A stretch of DNA of 64,000 nt from assembly GCA_014905635.1 (NCBI GenBank), contig JABVCE010000003.1:1054001-1118000 (forward strand). The letters run 5' to 3'. Source of the stretch: Scenedesmus sp. PABB004 (Eukaryota). Below, one piece after another: positions 17,465-29,492 of this stretch; positions within the stretch are counted from its first letter, which is position 1, and each line of letters opens with the position of its first letter. The position numbers were made by a program, and so were the translations under genes. The notes under the pieces were generated by a model. The model had not been told where the DNA came from, made no database searches, and saw only the letters and a list, made by a program, of their open reading frames with translations.

Positions 17465-19718
17465 TCAGCTCGCCTGCGCGCCGCCGCCCTGCTGCGCGCC
17501 GGGCGCGTCGCCATCGGGGGGGCTGCCCGTCTGGCCGCGCAGCAGCGCGTCCAGCTGCTCCGCGTCCATGTCGTAGAGGCTCACGATGCGCAGCTTGGCC
17601 ACGTCGTCGTCGGTCGCGCCAAACACCTGGAGGCAGCGGTGGTGGCGGCGGCGGAGCGACGTCCGGGGCCGCGCACCCGCGGCGCGCGCGGCGTCTGCCG
17701 CGCCGCGGCGGGCGCAGTGGGTGAAGCGGCGGCGCGCGCGCGCGCACCGTGCGCAGGTCTGTCACCGCGAACGCGTCGCTGCCCTGCGCGACGAGCGGCT
17801 CGTGCTCGGTGAGGTACAGCAGCTTGGCAAAGAGCGCGCGGCACGTGGCCTTGCGCTCCACGCCCTCTGCGCGGCGGCGGCGGCGCGGTGCAGCGGCGCG
17901 GCGTCAGGCGGACGGCGCGGCGTCGGGCCAGTGTGTGGTTGGGCCGCGCCGCGCCGCGTGTGTGGCGCTGTTCGCCGCGCCGCGCACCGGGCGTCATGCC
18001 GTCCACGTTGAGCATGAGGGTGCCGTACTTGTCGTAGATGCGCTGCGCGCGCTCCGCCAGCGCCTCGGCGACCTGCGCGCGGCCGCGCGCGTGCGTGCGT
18101 GCGTGTGCGGAGCCGCGCAGGCGGCCGGCCTGGTGCGGCGCAGTGCGGGCGCGGCGCGGCGCTGCGGGGCGCGGCGCGGCGCGGCGCGGCGCGGTGCGGC
18201 GCTGCGCCACGTGCGGCGCGCCTGGTCGTCGCTGAGGCCGAGCGCCGCCTTGAGCAGGACCATGTCCTCCACCGCGGACGCGTCGAAGCTGCGCTCGCGC
18301 AGGACGTACCAGAGGTACTTGCGGAAGACCTCGACCGGCGTGAAGCCCGTCGCGCCGCGCAGCTTCTGCGGGCGGGAGAGAGAGAGAGGGAGAGGGAGAG
18401 GGAGAGAGGCGCAGAGGCGGTCAGGAGGAGGTGCATGCGCGCGTGTGCGTGTGCGTGTGCGTGTGCGTGTGCGTGTGTGGGCGGCCCCGGCCGCGGCCGG
18501 CGCGCACCCACCCGCACGACCGCGGCGCTCAGCTCGGACCGCCGGTCCGGCAGGTACTTTGACAGCTCCTCCACCAGCAGCTTGTTCTTGTCGATCTGCG
18601 CCACACACAGGGGGGCGGCGGCGGCGCGGGTGGGCGCGGCGGCGGCGCGGGTGGGCGCGCGGCGGCGCGGGTGGGCGCGCGGCGGCGCGGGTGGGCGCGC
18701 GGCGCGACCTGCGCGGCGCCCCGTGCTCCCCCGCGCGCGGCGCGCGCGCGCTCACCACGCGCTTGCGCTGTGCGCGGGGGCTGCTGTACTTTTGGTACGT
18801 CCGGTACACCGCGATGAGCAGCGTGGAGGCGAGGAAGAGGCCCGCCGCGATGCTCACGCCCTTGCCCGTGCCCGTGGTGCTCAGCCAGCGCCCGACGTCG
18901 GCCGCGCGCTCCTGCAGGCCCTTCGCGGCGACCTCCTCCTCGGTGTACTCGTTGACCTCGGCGCGCACAGCGGCGAGCGCCTCGGGCACGGGCGACGCCG
19001 CCGCCGCGGCCGCGTCGGCGTCGGCGGCGAGCGCGCCCGCGGCGTCGCCCACGGCTGCCGCGCCCGCGCCCAGCTGCTGCGCGTCGGCGGCGGCCTGCTC
19101 CAGCACCGCCGACGCCTGCTCGAGAGGCGGCTGCTCCTCCGGCTGCTCCGTGGGCGCGCGCTGCGTCTGCTGCTGCTTCTCCTGCTGCTCCTGCTTGTGT
19201 TTGCTGCCCTTGGGGTTGGAGACCGACTCCCAGCCCTTGGTGGCCAGCCGGCCGGCACCGGGGAACTTGAGCGCGATGTCCGCCAGCGGCTGCGCCGCCG
19301 CGCGGGCCAGCAGCAGCGGCGCGCCTGGCGGGCGGCGGGCGGCAGCGCGTCGGCGGTGGCGTCAGCGGGGGCTCACGTCGCAGCTGAGACTGAGACGTAC
19401 GCGCGGGCGCCCAGGCGCCCCGCCGGGCGACCCAGCGCCGCCGGGCTGCGGGGCGTCCCGCATTCTGCTGCTGCCGCCCGCTGCCCGCCCGCCCGGGCCG
19501 GCGTGCATGCTACCGCTGCTCCCAGAGGTGGAGCGAGACATCGAAGATCGCCGGCGCCATCGCGCGCGCGCGCTGCGGGCCCAGGCGCGGCGCATTGGCC
19601 ACTCACGTCGCGACGTCGTCCCCAACGAGCTGCTGCGTCCGCGCGCAGCCAGGGCGGGCCGCCGGCTCACGCCCAGCGAGCTGCTCATCCCGGAGCGCAT
19701 CGCCACGCGCGCCTGCAT
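17465..19718 (-). CDS. Conserved plastid membrane protein (resembles plant At2g44870-type / armadillo-like family), 7 exons
   Basis: Transit peptide MQARVAMRSGMSSSLGVSRRPALAARGR..; intron 19606-19325; TM segment GVSIAAGLFLASTLLIAVY; SPRAQRKRV-IDKNKLLVEEL; TGFTPVEVFRKYLWYVLRERSFD; ALFAKLLYLTE; VFGATDDDVAKLRI. Confidence 0.75.
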
Positions 19719-19931
19719 CGCGCGGCGCTCGCCGGCGGGGCAGTCGGCGGCGCGCGGCGGCGGCTGTCGCAGCGCGGGCGGGCTGCGGCGCGCCGGCGGG
19801 GCAGCTGCGTGCGTGCGTGCGTGCGTGCTGTGTCGGCGAGGGAGCTGGCAACGAGGTGGGCGTCCACGCAGCTGCGCCACACGCAGGGCGCTGGGTTTCA
19901 GCACGACACGGCGCCGGCCGCGCGGCGGCGC

Positions 19932-20828
19932 TCAGAGCAGCGAGAGGTGCCCGGTGATGCGGTCGACGTCGCTCTTGTACCCGGGGCCGATCGCGAGCAC
20001 GGTCTGGGAGCCCGCGGGGATCTGGGTGCGCCCGGCGTCGTGCACGACGTAGACGGGCAGCCCAGCGGCCGCCGCCTGGCGCGCGAGCGCCGACTGCGGG
20101 CGGCGGCGCGGGCGGCGCGGGCGCGGTCGGCGCGGGCGCGGTGGGCGGCGCGGCTGCGCCACGGACGCGTGGCCGCGCGGCCGCGCGGGGCGGGGCGCCG
20201 CGCACCATCGCCTCCTCGTCCGGGACCTTGAGCGCGATCTTGGGCTGGCCGTAGCGCTCCCACAGCTTCAGTGCGGGCGCCGCGGCCGTGCGGTACTTTT
20301 GGAGCACGCCGACCGCCGCGTGCGCGCACTGCGCGGCTGCGCGGCGTAACGCGGCGCCGCGGCGGCAGCGGCGGCGTGGTGCGTCGCCGCCGGCGTGCCG
20401 CCGCCTCGCTCGGGGCCGGCCCGCCGCCGGCGGCGCGGCGCGTGCGCGTCCAGCTGCAGTGTCAGGGCCGCACCGATCTTGCCCTTGTTCATGCCGAGGC
20501 GCGTGTTGACACAGAGGACCATCTTCAGCTCCTCACGCGTCGCCGGCAGCGCGGCCGGCCGGCTCGGCGCGGCGGCGGGCTTCCTGCGCGCCGGCGCCGA
20601 CGCGGCGCCGCCCTGCGCGCGCGCGCGAGCGGCGGGGAGCGGCGGCTCGGCGCCGGCGCGGACGCGGCGGGGCGGCGGCGGCGGGTGTCGCGGCCGCGCT
20701 GCGCGCACCGTGCCGAGCAGCCCCGGCGCCAGCGCGCCCAGCACGGCGCCCACGATCACGCCGGCCACAAACTTGAGCGCGCCGCTCACTGCCGCGTCCG
20801 CCGCGGGCGCGGGCGCGGGAGCGGCCAT
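19932..20828 (-). CDS. PTH2: Peptidyl-tRNA hydrolase 2, 4 exons
   Basis: N-terminal [74 protein letters not shown]. Confidence 0.95.
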
Positions 20829-21342
20829 GCCGTCGGCGGCGGTGCTGCTCGCGCGGCGCGGCGCTGTCGGCCGCCGACGATCGCTGCTCGCGTGTGGGGG
20901 CCGGCGGCTTGCGCGGCGGGCGGTGCCTGGAGCTCCGCAGAGGCTCGGTGGCCGTCAAGCGCAGCCGGGGAAGCCTTGGGCCTCACACAGGACGTGGCGC
21001 GTGCGGCGGGCCGGCGGGCGTCGGCGGCTGCGCGCGCAGCGGCCGCTGCGCCGGGTCGGCGGTGCTGCTCGGCGCAGCGCGAGGGCGTCAGTACAGTGCG
21101 CGTCGGGGCGGGTCGGAGGGCCGCGCGGCGCCGCCGCCAGACCGCGGCGCCGTGGACCGCCGGCGGCTGCGTACAAAACGGCGGGCACGAACGCCGCGCG
21201 GGGGACACAACGGAGCAGACGCCCGCGACGCCGGACGGAGAAAGCAGAGCGTCGCCGCAGCACGCCGACATCGCCGCGCCGCCCGCTTGCCGCCGCCGCC
21301 CGTGGCACGCCGGCCGCCGGCCCCCTGTCGCGCGCGGGCGTG

Positions 21343-21941
21343 ATGTGGCTGGCGGGACGCGCGCAGGCGCAGGCGGCAGCCCGCTGCGGCGAGGCCAGCA
21401 CCAGCTACGCGGCGGCGCCGGCGGCGGCCGCACGACGCCGCTGCCGCGGGCCGGCGCTCGGCGCGCCGGAGCTCCGGGGCGCGGCCGCTGGCTGCGCCAG
21501 CAGCACCCCATGCATGGCCTCATCGAACCTGCGGGCGGCCGTGGCGTGCAGCGCGGCCGGCAAGGGCGCGGCGGCTGACGGTGCGCGGCCGCCGCCTCTC
21601 CAGCGGCGGGCGGGCCGCGCCGCGCCGCGGCAGAGCTGCGCACACGCCCGCGCCGCCGCTGCTGCGCCGCAGCCTCCAAGGAGGCCCACAAGATATTTGA
21701 CGAGGCGGCCATCACCGTCAAGTGAGTGCCGCAGCCGGGCGCCGCCACAGTGACAACACCAGCACCCAGCGGCAGCGACGACAGGCGCCGAGCGGGGGCG
21801 CCCGCGCGCCCGCGCGCGCGCAGGTCTGGCGACGGCGGCGCGGGCGAGATCGTGGAGGCGGGGCGCGGCAAGTACGTCGGCAACCTGAAGTATCACGCCG
21901 GCGGCAACCAGCCCAAGCAGATCTGGCTCTCAGCGAGTGCG

Positions 21942-21972
<31 letters not shown>

Positions 21973-24513
21973 CGCGGCGCCGGCGGCCACGCAGCTGCCG
22001 GCGCGGCGAGCGTGCCCGCCGCGCCCGCGGCCGCGCCCACGCTGCCGACGCCGCCGACGCGCGCAGGCGAGCCCGCCGACGGCGCGGACGGCGCGGACGT
22101 GGTGCTGGTGTGCGACCCGGCACTGGACAGCCTGCTGCACCTGCACAAGCGCAAGTCCTGGGCGGGCGCAAAGGGCGCGCACGGCAACCCGGCGGTCGGC
22201 AGCGCGGGGCCCAAGCGCAACGCGGCCATCAAAAAGGCCTCCACGCCGCCGCTGGTGATCCCCGTGCCCCCGGGCACGGTCGTCAAGCGCAAGAGCACCG
22301 GCCAGGCGCGCGGCCGCGGGGCGCCGGCGCGCGCGCCGGCGGCCACTCGGGCAGCGCGCCGCGCCGCGCCTCGCCTGTCGTGAGCGCCGCGCCGCGCGCA
22401 GGTGCTGGGCGAGCTGCTGCAGCCGGGCGAGCGCCTGCTGGTGGCCAAGGGCGGCAAGGGCGGCGCCGGCGTGCGCGCGCCGTCGCGGCAGCAGAAGCAG
22501 CGTGAGCGCACGCGGGAGCTCAAAAACGCAGAGGTGCGCGCGGCGCGCCCCGCGGCGCGCGCTCGCGCGCCCACGCCCCCTCGCGCCCCCTCGCGCCCCA
22601 GCGCCCGTGCGCCGCGCGTGCGCCCGAGCGCAGAAGGGCGGCGGCGAGGTGGTGGCGGTGGAGGACGTCAACTGGCGCAACGACGCGCGCGGGCTGCCGG
22701 GGCGGCAGCTCGGGCTGACGCTGCTGCTGCGCGTCGTCGCGGACGTCGGCATCGTCGGCTTCCCCAACGCAGGCGAGCCGGCGCCGCCCGCGGCGCCGCT
22801 CACGCGCGCCGCACCCCGCGCGCGCCGCGCACTCGGCCGCGCGCCGCGCGCGCCGCCGCCCGAGCGACGCCGTGGCCCCGCGCGCGCGCGGCGCGGCGCG
22901 GCGCGTGCGCAGGCAAGTCGTCGCTGCTCGCGGCGCTGACGCGCGCGGCGCCCGAGGTCGCGCCCTACCCCTTCACCACGCTCATGCCTAACCTCGGCGT
23001 CATGACCGCCGGCGCGGGCAGCGCCCCCGTGCTCGCCGATCTGCCGGGGCTCATCGAGGGTGCGGCCGCTCGGGCGCGCCCGCGCCGCCGCCGCACGGCC
23101 GGGGCCAAGCGCCGGCCGACGCCGCGCGCCGCGCGCGCGCCGGCGCCGCCGCCGACTCCGCCGCCGCCGACACCGGCGCCGCCGCCGCCGCGCGCGCGCG
23201 CAGGCGCGCACGCGGGGCGCGGCCTCGGGCGCATGTTCCTGCGCCACCTGCGGCGCACGCGCGTGGTGCTGCATGTCGTCGACGCGGCGGCGGCCGACCC
23301 CGGCACCGACTACCTGGCCGTGCGGGAGGAGCTGCGCATGTACAACCCAGACTACGTCACACGGCCCCACGTGGTCGCGTTGAACAAGATGGACCTCGAG
23401 GACGCGGGTGCGCGGTGACGCCAGCGGCGGCGGGCGCGGGTGCGCGGTGGCGCCAGCGGCGGCGCCAGCGGCGGCGGGCGCGGTGGCGCCAGCGGCGGCG
23501 GGCGTGGTGACGCCCGCGGCGGGGGCGGGGCGCGGCAGCGGGGAAGCGGGCGGAGCGCGGCGGCGGCGGGTGCGCGGTGACGCCAGCGGCGGCGGGCGCG
23601 GTGACGCCAGCGGCGGCGGGCGCGGTGGCGCCAGCGGCGGCGGGCGTGGTGACGCCCGCGGCGGGCGCGGGGCGCGGCAGCGGGGAAGCGGGCGGGGCGC
23701 GGCGGCGGCGGGCGCGGGGCGCGGCAGCGGGGAAGCGGGCGGAGCGCGGCGGCGGCGGGTGCGGAGGAGCGCGGCGGCGGGGGCGGAGCGCGGCGGCGGG
23801 CGGGGCGCGAGCGTGCGCGCCGCCGCGCCGCGCAGGCGCGCTGCGGGAGGAGGTCGCGGGCGAGGTGCGCGCCGCGGCGCGGCAGCTGCAGGAGGCGCAC
23901 CCCGACATCCCGGGGCTCACCGCGCCCGCGGCGGTCGTGCCCTGCAGCGCGGCGACGGGTGCGGCCCCGGGCGCCGCGCGCGCGCGCCGCACGCGGGCGC
24001 GGAGCGCGGGGCGCGGCCGCGTGCGCGTGCGGCCGCGGTCGGCGCCGACCGCGCCCCGCCGCCGCCGCCGTCCCCCGCCGCGCAGGCGAGGGCGTGGCGC
24101 AGCTGGCCGCCGCGCTGCAGGCGGCCCTGGAGGCGCTCGGGGAGGGCGGCGGGCGGTCGCAGCTCGCGGCGTCGGTGGAGGCCGCGCTGCTCGCGGGGGC
24201 CGGCGCGGCGGCGCCGCCCGGCGCCGCCGGCGAGGCAGGCGAGGGCGAGGCGGACGAGGCGGAGGAGGAGGAGGAGGAGGAGGAGGAGGAGGAGGACTGG
24301 GCGGCCGCCTCGCCGCTCGCCGGCGGCGGCGGCTGGCCGGCGGTCGACGCAGCCCGCGGCCCGCGCGGCGGCTGGGGCCTGGACGAGGAGGGCGAGGACG
24401 GCGAGGACGAGGCGCCGCCCCCGCTCGCGCCGGACGACCCCGACGCGCCCCTGTTCGCGCTGAGCGAGGAGCAGCTGCTGGCGCTCGCCGACGGCGATGA
24501 GGAGGCGGCCTGA
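21343..24513 (+). CDS. Organellar Obg/CgtA-family GTPase (OBGC2-like), 10 exons, acidic C-terminal tail
   Basis: FDEAAITVKSGDGGAG, IPVPPGTVVK, LLVAKGGKGG, LRVVADVGIVGFPNAGKSSLL (G1), APYPFTTLMPNLG (G2), ADLPGLIEGAHAGRGLG..FLRHL (G3), NKMD (G4); start codon tentative. Confidence 0.92.
23408..23836 (+). repeat. Mosaic tandem repeats expanding an Obg intron
   Basis: Repeated units ggtgacgccagcggcggcgggcgc and ggggcgcggcagcggggaagcgggcgg. Confidence 0.8.
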
Positions 24514-24821
24514 GGCGGTTGCGCGGAGGTTGTGCACGCTGTGCCCCGCGCGACGGCGCGCCGCCGCGGAGCGCCCAATCGCTCCGCGCCGCCGGGTCCG
24601 GCCCCTTGCCAATGAACTAGGAGCGCACCGACCGCAGCGCAACGTAGCGCGACAGATCCCGCGCAGCGAACGCGCGCGTCCAACGCGCGCGCCCCGCCTC
24701 GCCCGCAGCGCCCCGCCGCCCCGCGCGCCGCGAGGGAGTCGCTCAGCCTCTCAATCCACCTCGCCGGCGCTGGCGGCCGGCCTTGCGATCTGCGGCCGGG
24801 CTGCGCACGCCTCGTAGGACG

Positions 24822-26557
24822 ATGAGCCCCGGCGCGCCCGCGATGCCAGCCACGGTGGAGCCGCTGGCTGTGGACCCGCCCGTCGTCGCGGCGGGCCCCT
24901 GGCCGACGCGCGTGGCGTCGACGTGGCTCGTGAGCGGCGCCGCCGACGCGCCGCGCGCATGGGTGCTCCGCGCCGGCGACGCCCCGGCGCGCCCGGCCAA
25001 GCCCGCGTGCGTGCACGCCTGCCCGGGGCAGCCGGGCGCCCTGCTCGTCACGTTCAGGTGGGCGCCGCGCCGGCGCCGCCGCCGCCGCGCCGCGCTTCGC
25101 GCGGCCACGCGCGCGCGCGCGCCTCCCGCCCCTCGCAGGGAGCCCGTCACCGCGACGCGCGCGGGCGTGATCAGCCTCACGCTGCTGCCGGCGGCGGCGG
25201 CGGCGGCGGAGGGCGGCGCAGACGCCGCCGCCGCCGCCGCCGCCGCGTGCGCCGCGGGCGCGCGCGGTGTCTGCGTGTCGCCCGCGCCGCTCATGGTCGC
25301 GCCGAGCGCGCAGGCGGCGGGCGAGCTGCTGGCAATGTTTGAGACCATGGCGGCGCTCGTGGCGAGCGAGCACGCGGAGGCCGCCGCGGCGCGGCGCGAG
25401 GGTGCGGCCGCGGCCGCGGCCGCGGCGGCGGGCGCGCCGTGGCCCACGGCGGGCGACGACGGCCTGGCGCGCTGCGCCGCGCCCGTGCGGCGCCAGCCCT
25501 CGGTGCGCGACGCGCTCGACCTGCACGCGCCCGCGCCCGGCGGTGCGCGCGGCGCGGCCGACGGCGCGTGCGCCGCGTGCGGCGCGGCGCCCGGCGCGGA
25601 CGCGCCCCCGCCGGCGCTCGCAACCTGGCCCGCGCACTTCCAGCCGCTGCTGCTGGACCTCGCCCTGGTCCTCTCCACCGCGGCGTCCAGCGGCGGCGGC
25701 GACGCTGCCGCCGCGGCGGGCCCCGCGTGGGCCGCGCCCGGCGGCGGCGCGCGCGGCGAGCTGGAGGTGGCCTGCCAGGTGCTGTGCGGCCTGCTGGAGT
25801 TTCTGTCCCTCCACGAGGCCTGGTGCTGCGTCTCCTTCCTGCTGGCGCAGGTGCGGGGACGGTGGAGAGGATGCCCGCATTGACGCTCCGTGCCGCGCTG
25901 CGCTGTGCCGTGCCCCGCGCTGACGCGCGCCCCGCCCCCGCCCCCGCCGCTCCGCCGCCCCTCCCCGCCGCGCCGGCAGGCCTTTATGAACGGCCTGCTC
26001 GCCACGACCAGCGCCATGGCGGCGCAGCACCTGGAGGCCCTCGCCGCGCAGCAGGGTGCGCCGTGCTTCGGCGGCGCCGCGGTCGCGGCCGCCGCCAAGG
26101 CGGCCGCGCTCGCCGCGACGTTCACCGACCTCGCGGGGGCTCGCAGGGCGCGGAGCCGGCGTCACCGCCCGCGCCCGCGCTGCGCAGCGGCATGCCCGGC
26201 GGCGCGCGCGGCGAGCGCTCACCGGGGCGCCGCGCGGCGGCGCCCGCGGGCGGCGGTGCGCCCCCGCGCGGCGCGCCCGCGCCCGGCGCGCGCCCTGCGG
26301 CGCCCGCGCCGGCGCCCGCGCCGGCGCCCGGCGGCCTCGACCGCGTCGCCGCGCCGCTGCTGCTGGTGCTCCTGGCCGTGATGTCGGCCCTGCCGGTGCT
26401 GGTCGCCAACGCGGCGGCGGGGCCCGCCAGCGGGGGGCTCGCGATCGCGGGCGTGGCGCCAGCGGCCGCGGCGCCGTGGCTGTATTGCGTGCTGCTGGCG
26501 GTGCTGCTCGTGGGCGCGCTGGGCAGCCGCTGCTGCTCCGCCGCCGCCGCACTGTGA
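24822..26557 (+). CDS. Hypothetical protein resembling the C-terminal region of large SPL/SBP-box proteins, with C-terminal TM helices; no SBP domain seen
   Basis: TVEPLAV, PLMVAPSAQAAGELLAMF, FQPLLLDLALVL, GLLEFLSLHEAWCCVSFLL; introns 25058-25138 and 25851-25979; junction into last exon (about 26100-26190) unresolved. Confidence 0.55.
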
Positions 26558-27563
26558 GGCCACCCTCGTCCTTTGCTCGCGGAGCTTGTGGCGCGGCGGG
26601 GCGGCCCCCTCCGTCGCGCCGGCCTCCTCTCCCCTTGTCGCGCTGGCGCCCTCAACGACGCCGGGCACGTCTGAAACAAGCAACCCCCGCCGGCGCCGCC
26701 GCGCGGGCGGCGGCGACGCCGCACACGCGCGCGCGCGCGCCCTGCCCCGGGCCTGATCGCTCGCCGGGCTTTTTCCTCGATCCCTGCCGCATGTGGGTTT
26801 GACTGCGTGCACGCATGCATTTGATCTTGGCGGGCCCGCCGCCGGCGCGCCCGGGGTGGCAGCCCGGGCGCGCACGTGCGGGCGCGCGCTGCGCAGCGGC
26901 AGCACTAGGTTGCGTGCGTGCGCGCGGGGGCGGGGGCATTTCGTGGGTGCCGGCGGCGGCCCGCGGGTATCCTGGAGCGAGCGCGGGCGGGAGAGCCCGG
27001 CTCGGTCGCAGCACGGCGGGCTGCATTGTGTGCACACGTGGCGGCCCTTCACTGCAGCTTCGCCAGCTACTAACACAGTCTTCAGTCGACAGTCCCCAGC
27101 GCAGCCAGGCCTTGCTGTCTCGATCGCTCAATCGGGAGCGCGCCGCTCTGGTGTGATCCCTGCCTTGACCCAGGTGTGCCTCCTCCCACCCCGCGAACGT
27201 TGGGCAGGCCCAGGTGTGCCCTCCCACCCCGCCAAACGTTGAGCAGATGAACGCAACCCTGCGTCCGGCCGGCTGCCGGCGACCGCCGGGGGTGCACCAG
27301 CGCCCGCCGGCGGCGCCTCGCGGCTGGGCTGCGCCGCGGCGCCGCGCGCGCGCCGCAGCACTGCATCCGCCTCGCACGGGGCGCCCGCTCGCACGAAGAG
27401 TCTGGTTTGTTCAATCGTGCATGCAGCGTGCGTGTGCGCGGGTGGGCTGCACGAGGCGCGTAGCGCAGACAGTTGCCCACTGCCCCTGCCCTCGCCCCCT
27501 GCGCGCGGCTGCTTCTGCAGCAGCGCGCGCGCGCGCGCGGCGCTCGCGGCCGAGCCGACGAGG

Positions 27564-29111
27564 TCAGAGGCGGAACTTGGGCCGCGCGGCCGCGAGCTGC
27601 GCCTGCAGCCCCGGCCCCGCCGCCGCGGCCGCGCCGTCCCACAGCGCGCGCAGCGCGTCCTTGTCGGCGCGGCCGATGCACATCGCGGCCATGCCGAAGC
27701 GCGGCACGCCCGGCAGCGCCGCCACCAGCGCCACGGCGGCCTCGGGCGCGAGCGCGCCCGGCTGCGGCTGCGGCTGCGGCGCGCCCGCGGCGGCCGCGAC
27801 CGCGCCGAGCGCCGCGGTGAGAATGCCGACCAGCACGGGCGCCGTGAGGGTCGACTTGAACAGCGCCGGCAGCGCCGCCGGCTGCAGCAGGCCCAGGTAG
27901 CGGGCCTGCAGCGCCGCGTCGCCCCGCAAGCTGCGCCACGCGGCCTCAAACTCGTTGCTGGTCGCGGGCGGCTTGAGGCCCGCCGCCAGGCGCGCGGCGA
28001 GCTGCGCGGCGGCCGCCGCCGCGGCCGCCGTCGGCGACGGCGCCGCGCTGCGCGGCGACGGCGTCGCGCCCCCGGCCGCGCATGGGCTGGCGGGCCGCAG
28101 CGCGCTCGGCGCGGCGGCCGCGGCCGCGCTCGCCGGCGCGGGGCTGCTGGCCCTGGCGGGCGGCCGCGCCGGCTGCGGCGCCGGCGACTGCGCCTGCTGC
28201 GCCGCCGGCCGCCGCGAGGAGGGCTCGCCGCCGCCGGCCTCCGGTTCCGGCGCCTCCGCGCGGACGGCGATGGGCCCCCACGCGCCGCCGCCCGGCTGCA
28301 GCCCCCGCCCCGCCAGCTCGTCCGTGAGCGCGGCGTCGCGGTCCGCGTGCAGCACCTTGTTCGCCGGCTCGAGGCGCAGCGCGGCCTCAAAGTCGGCGGC
28401 GGCGTCGAGGTGCCGCCCGAGCGCGCGCCGCGCGGTGCCGCGGCGGTGCAGGGCCTTCACGTAGCCGCCGTCCAGCGCGAGCGCCGCGCTGCAGTCGGCC
28501 TCCGCCTCGGCGGGCTGCCCCAGCTTGAGGCGCGCCGCGGCGCGGTTGGCGAACGCCGCCGCGCTCGGCGCGGCCGCGAGGCTGCGGCTGTAGCACTCCG
28601 CCGCGTCGGCAAAGTAGCCCGCCTGGTACAGCCGGTTGCCGCGCTCCTTCAGCGACGCCGGCGACGGCGGCGCGCCGCCGGCGTCGCCGCTCGCGCCGCC
28701 GGCGGCCACGGCGGCGCGCGCCGGTGGCGCGCGCGGTGCCGGCAGCTGCGGCGGCGGCGGCGGCCGCTGCGCGCCGCCCGGCTCCTCGTCCCGCAGCGCC
28801 GCGTCGACGTCAAAGGCGTCCCACTTGCCGTAGTTCTTGTACGTGTGCGCCGCGCCGTCGCCGGCAGCGCCGCCGCCGCCGCCACTGCCGCCGCCGGGCG
28901 CCAGCGCGGGCTGCTGCAGTGCCGCCGGCGGCGCCGGCACCGCGGCGGCGCCGGCGGCGCGGCCGCGCACGGCCGGCGCGGCGCGGTCAGCAGCGGCGCC
29001 GCTCGCCGGCGCGCCCTGCTTCTGCTTCAGCGACGCCTGCCAGTTCAGCAGGTCACGCATGTAGTCCTGCGCCTCCAGCGCGTTCTGACGGATCTGCAGC
29101 TGCGCCTCCAT
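27564..29111 (-). CDS. RPAP3/SPAG1-like TPR co-chaperone (R2TP type), intronless
   Basis: N-term LQIRQNALEAQDYMRDLLNW, YGKWDAFDVDAAL, TPR clamp LKERGNRLYQAG..FANRAAARLKL..YVKALHRRG..ALRLEPAN, RPAP3_C-like PATSNEFEAAWRSL..PRFGMAAM. Confidence 0.85.
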   Translation of the reverse strand: MEAQLQIRQNALEAQDYMRDLLNWQASLKQKQGAPASGAAADRAAPAVRGRAAGAAAVPAPPAALQQPALAPGGGSGGGGGAAGDGAAHTYKNYGKWDAFDVDAALRDEEPGGAQRPPPPPQLPAPRAPPARAAVAAGGASGDAGGAPPSPASLKERGNRLYQAGYFADAAECYSRSLAAAPSAAAFANRAAARLKLGQPAEAEADCSAALALDGGYVKALHRRGTARRALGRHLDAAADFEAALRLEPANKVLHADRDAALTDELAGRGLQPGGGAWGPIAVRAEAPEPEAGGGEPSSRRPAAQQAQSPAPQPARPPARASSPAPASAAAAAAPSALRPASPCAAGGATPSPRSAAPSPTAAAAAAAAQLAARLAAGLKPPATSNEFEAAWRSLRGDAALQARYLGLLQPAALPALFKSTLTAPVLVGILTAALGAVAAAAGAPQPQPQPGALAPEAAVALVAALPGVPRFGMAAMCIGRADKDALRALWDGAAAAAGPGLQAQLAAARPKFRL

Positions 29112-29492
29112 GGCGGGAGCTGCAGCTGATGGCGGGCGCGCGCCGGGCTGCGCGCGTGCGCGTCGCGGCGGCGCGGTGTCCGCTCCCCCGTGACGGCCAC
29201 GATCGGTTGGGTGCGACCTGTGGGGCGCGTCGTGGCGGGGGCTGGAGCAGCAGGTCTCCGCGGCGGCGCGGCTTGCGCCCTGCGCGCCTGCGCCCTGCTC
29301 ACTGCGCCCGCTGCCCCCGCTCACTCGCCGCGCCGGCCGAGCTGCCACCGCAGACCACGCTGCTCGCGGCAGCCGCGCGCTCGCCGCCGGCGCCGCCTCC
29401 CGCCGCAGCGCCGCCGCTGCCGGCGCGACGGCGCGGGACCTGGGGCGCCGCCCTTCCCGGCAAGCGCACACGCCCTGCACGTGGGCCCGCCC

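Noticed and set aside
23352..26552. 1066-aa minus-strand ORF and other very long Arg/Ala/Pro-rich ORFs (e.g. 38117-40861, 29299-31989, 57452-59998)
   Set aside because: Shadow frames opposite or overlapping recognisable spliced genes; extreme GC depletes stop codons; no domain-like content
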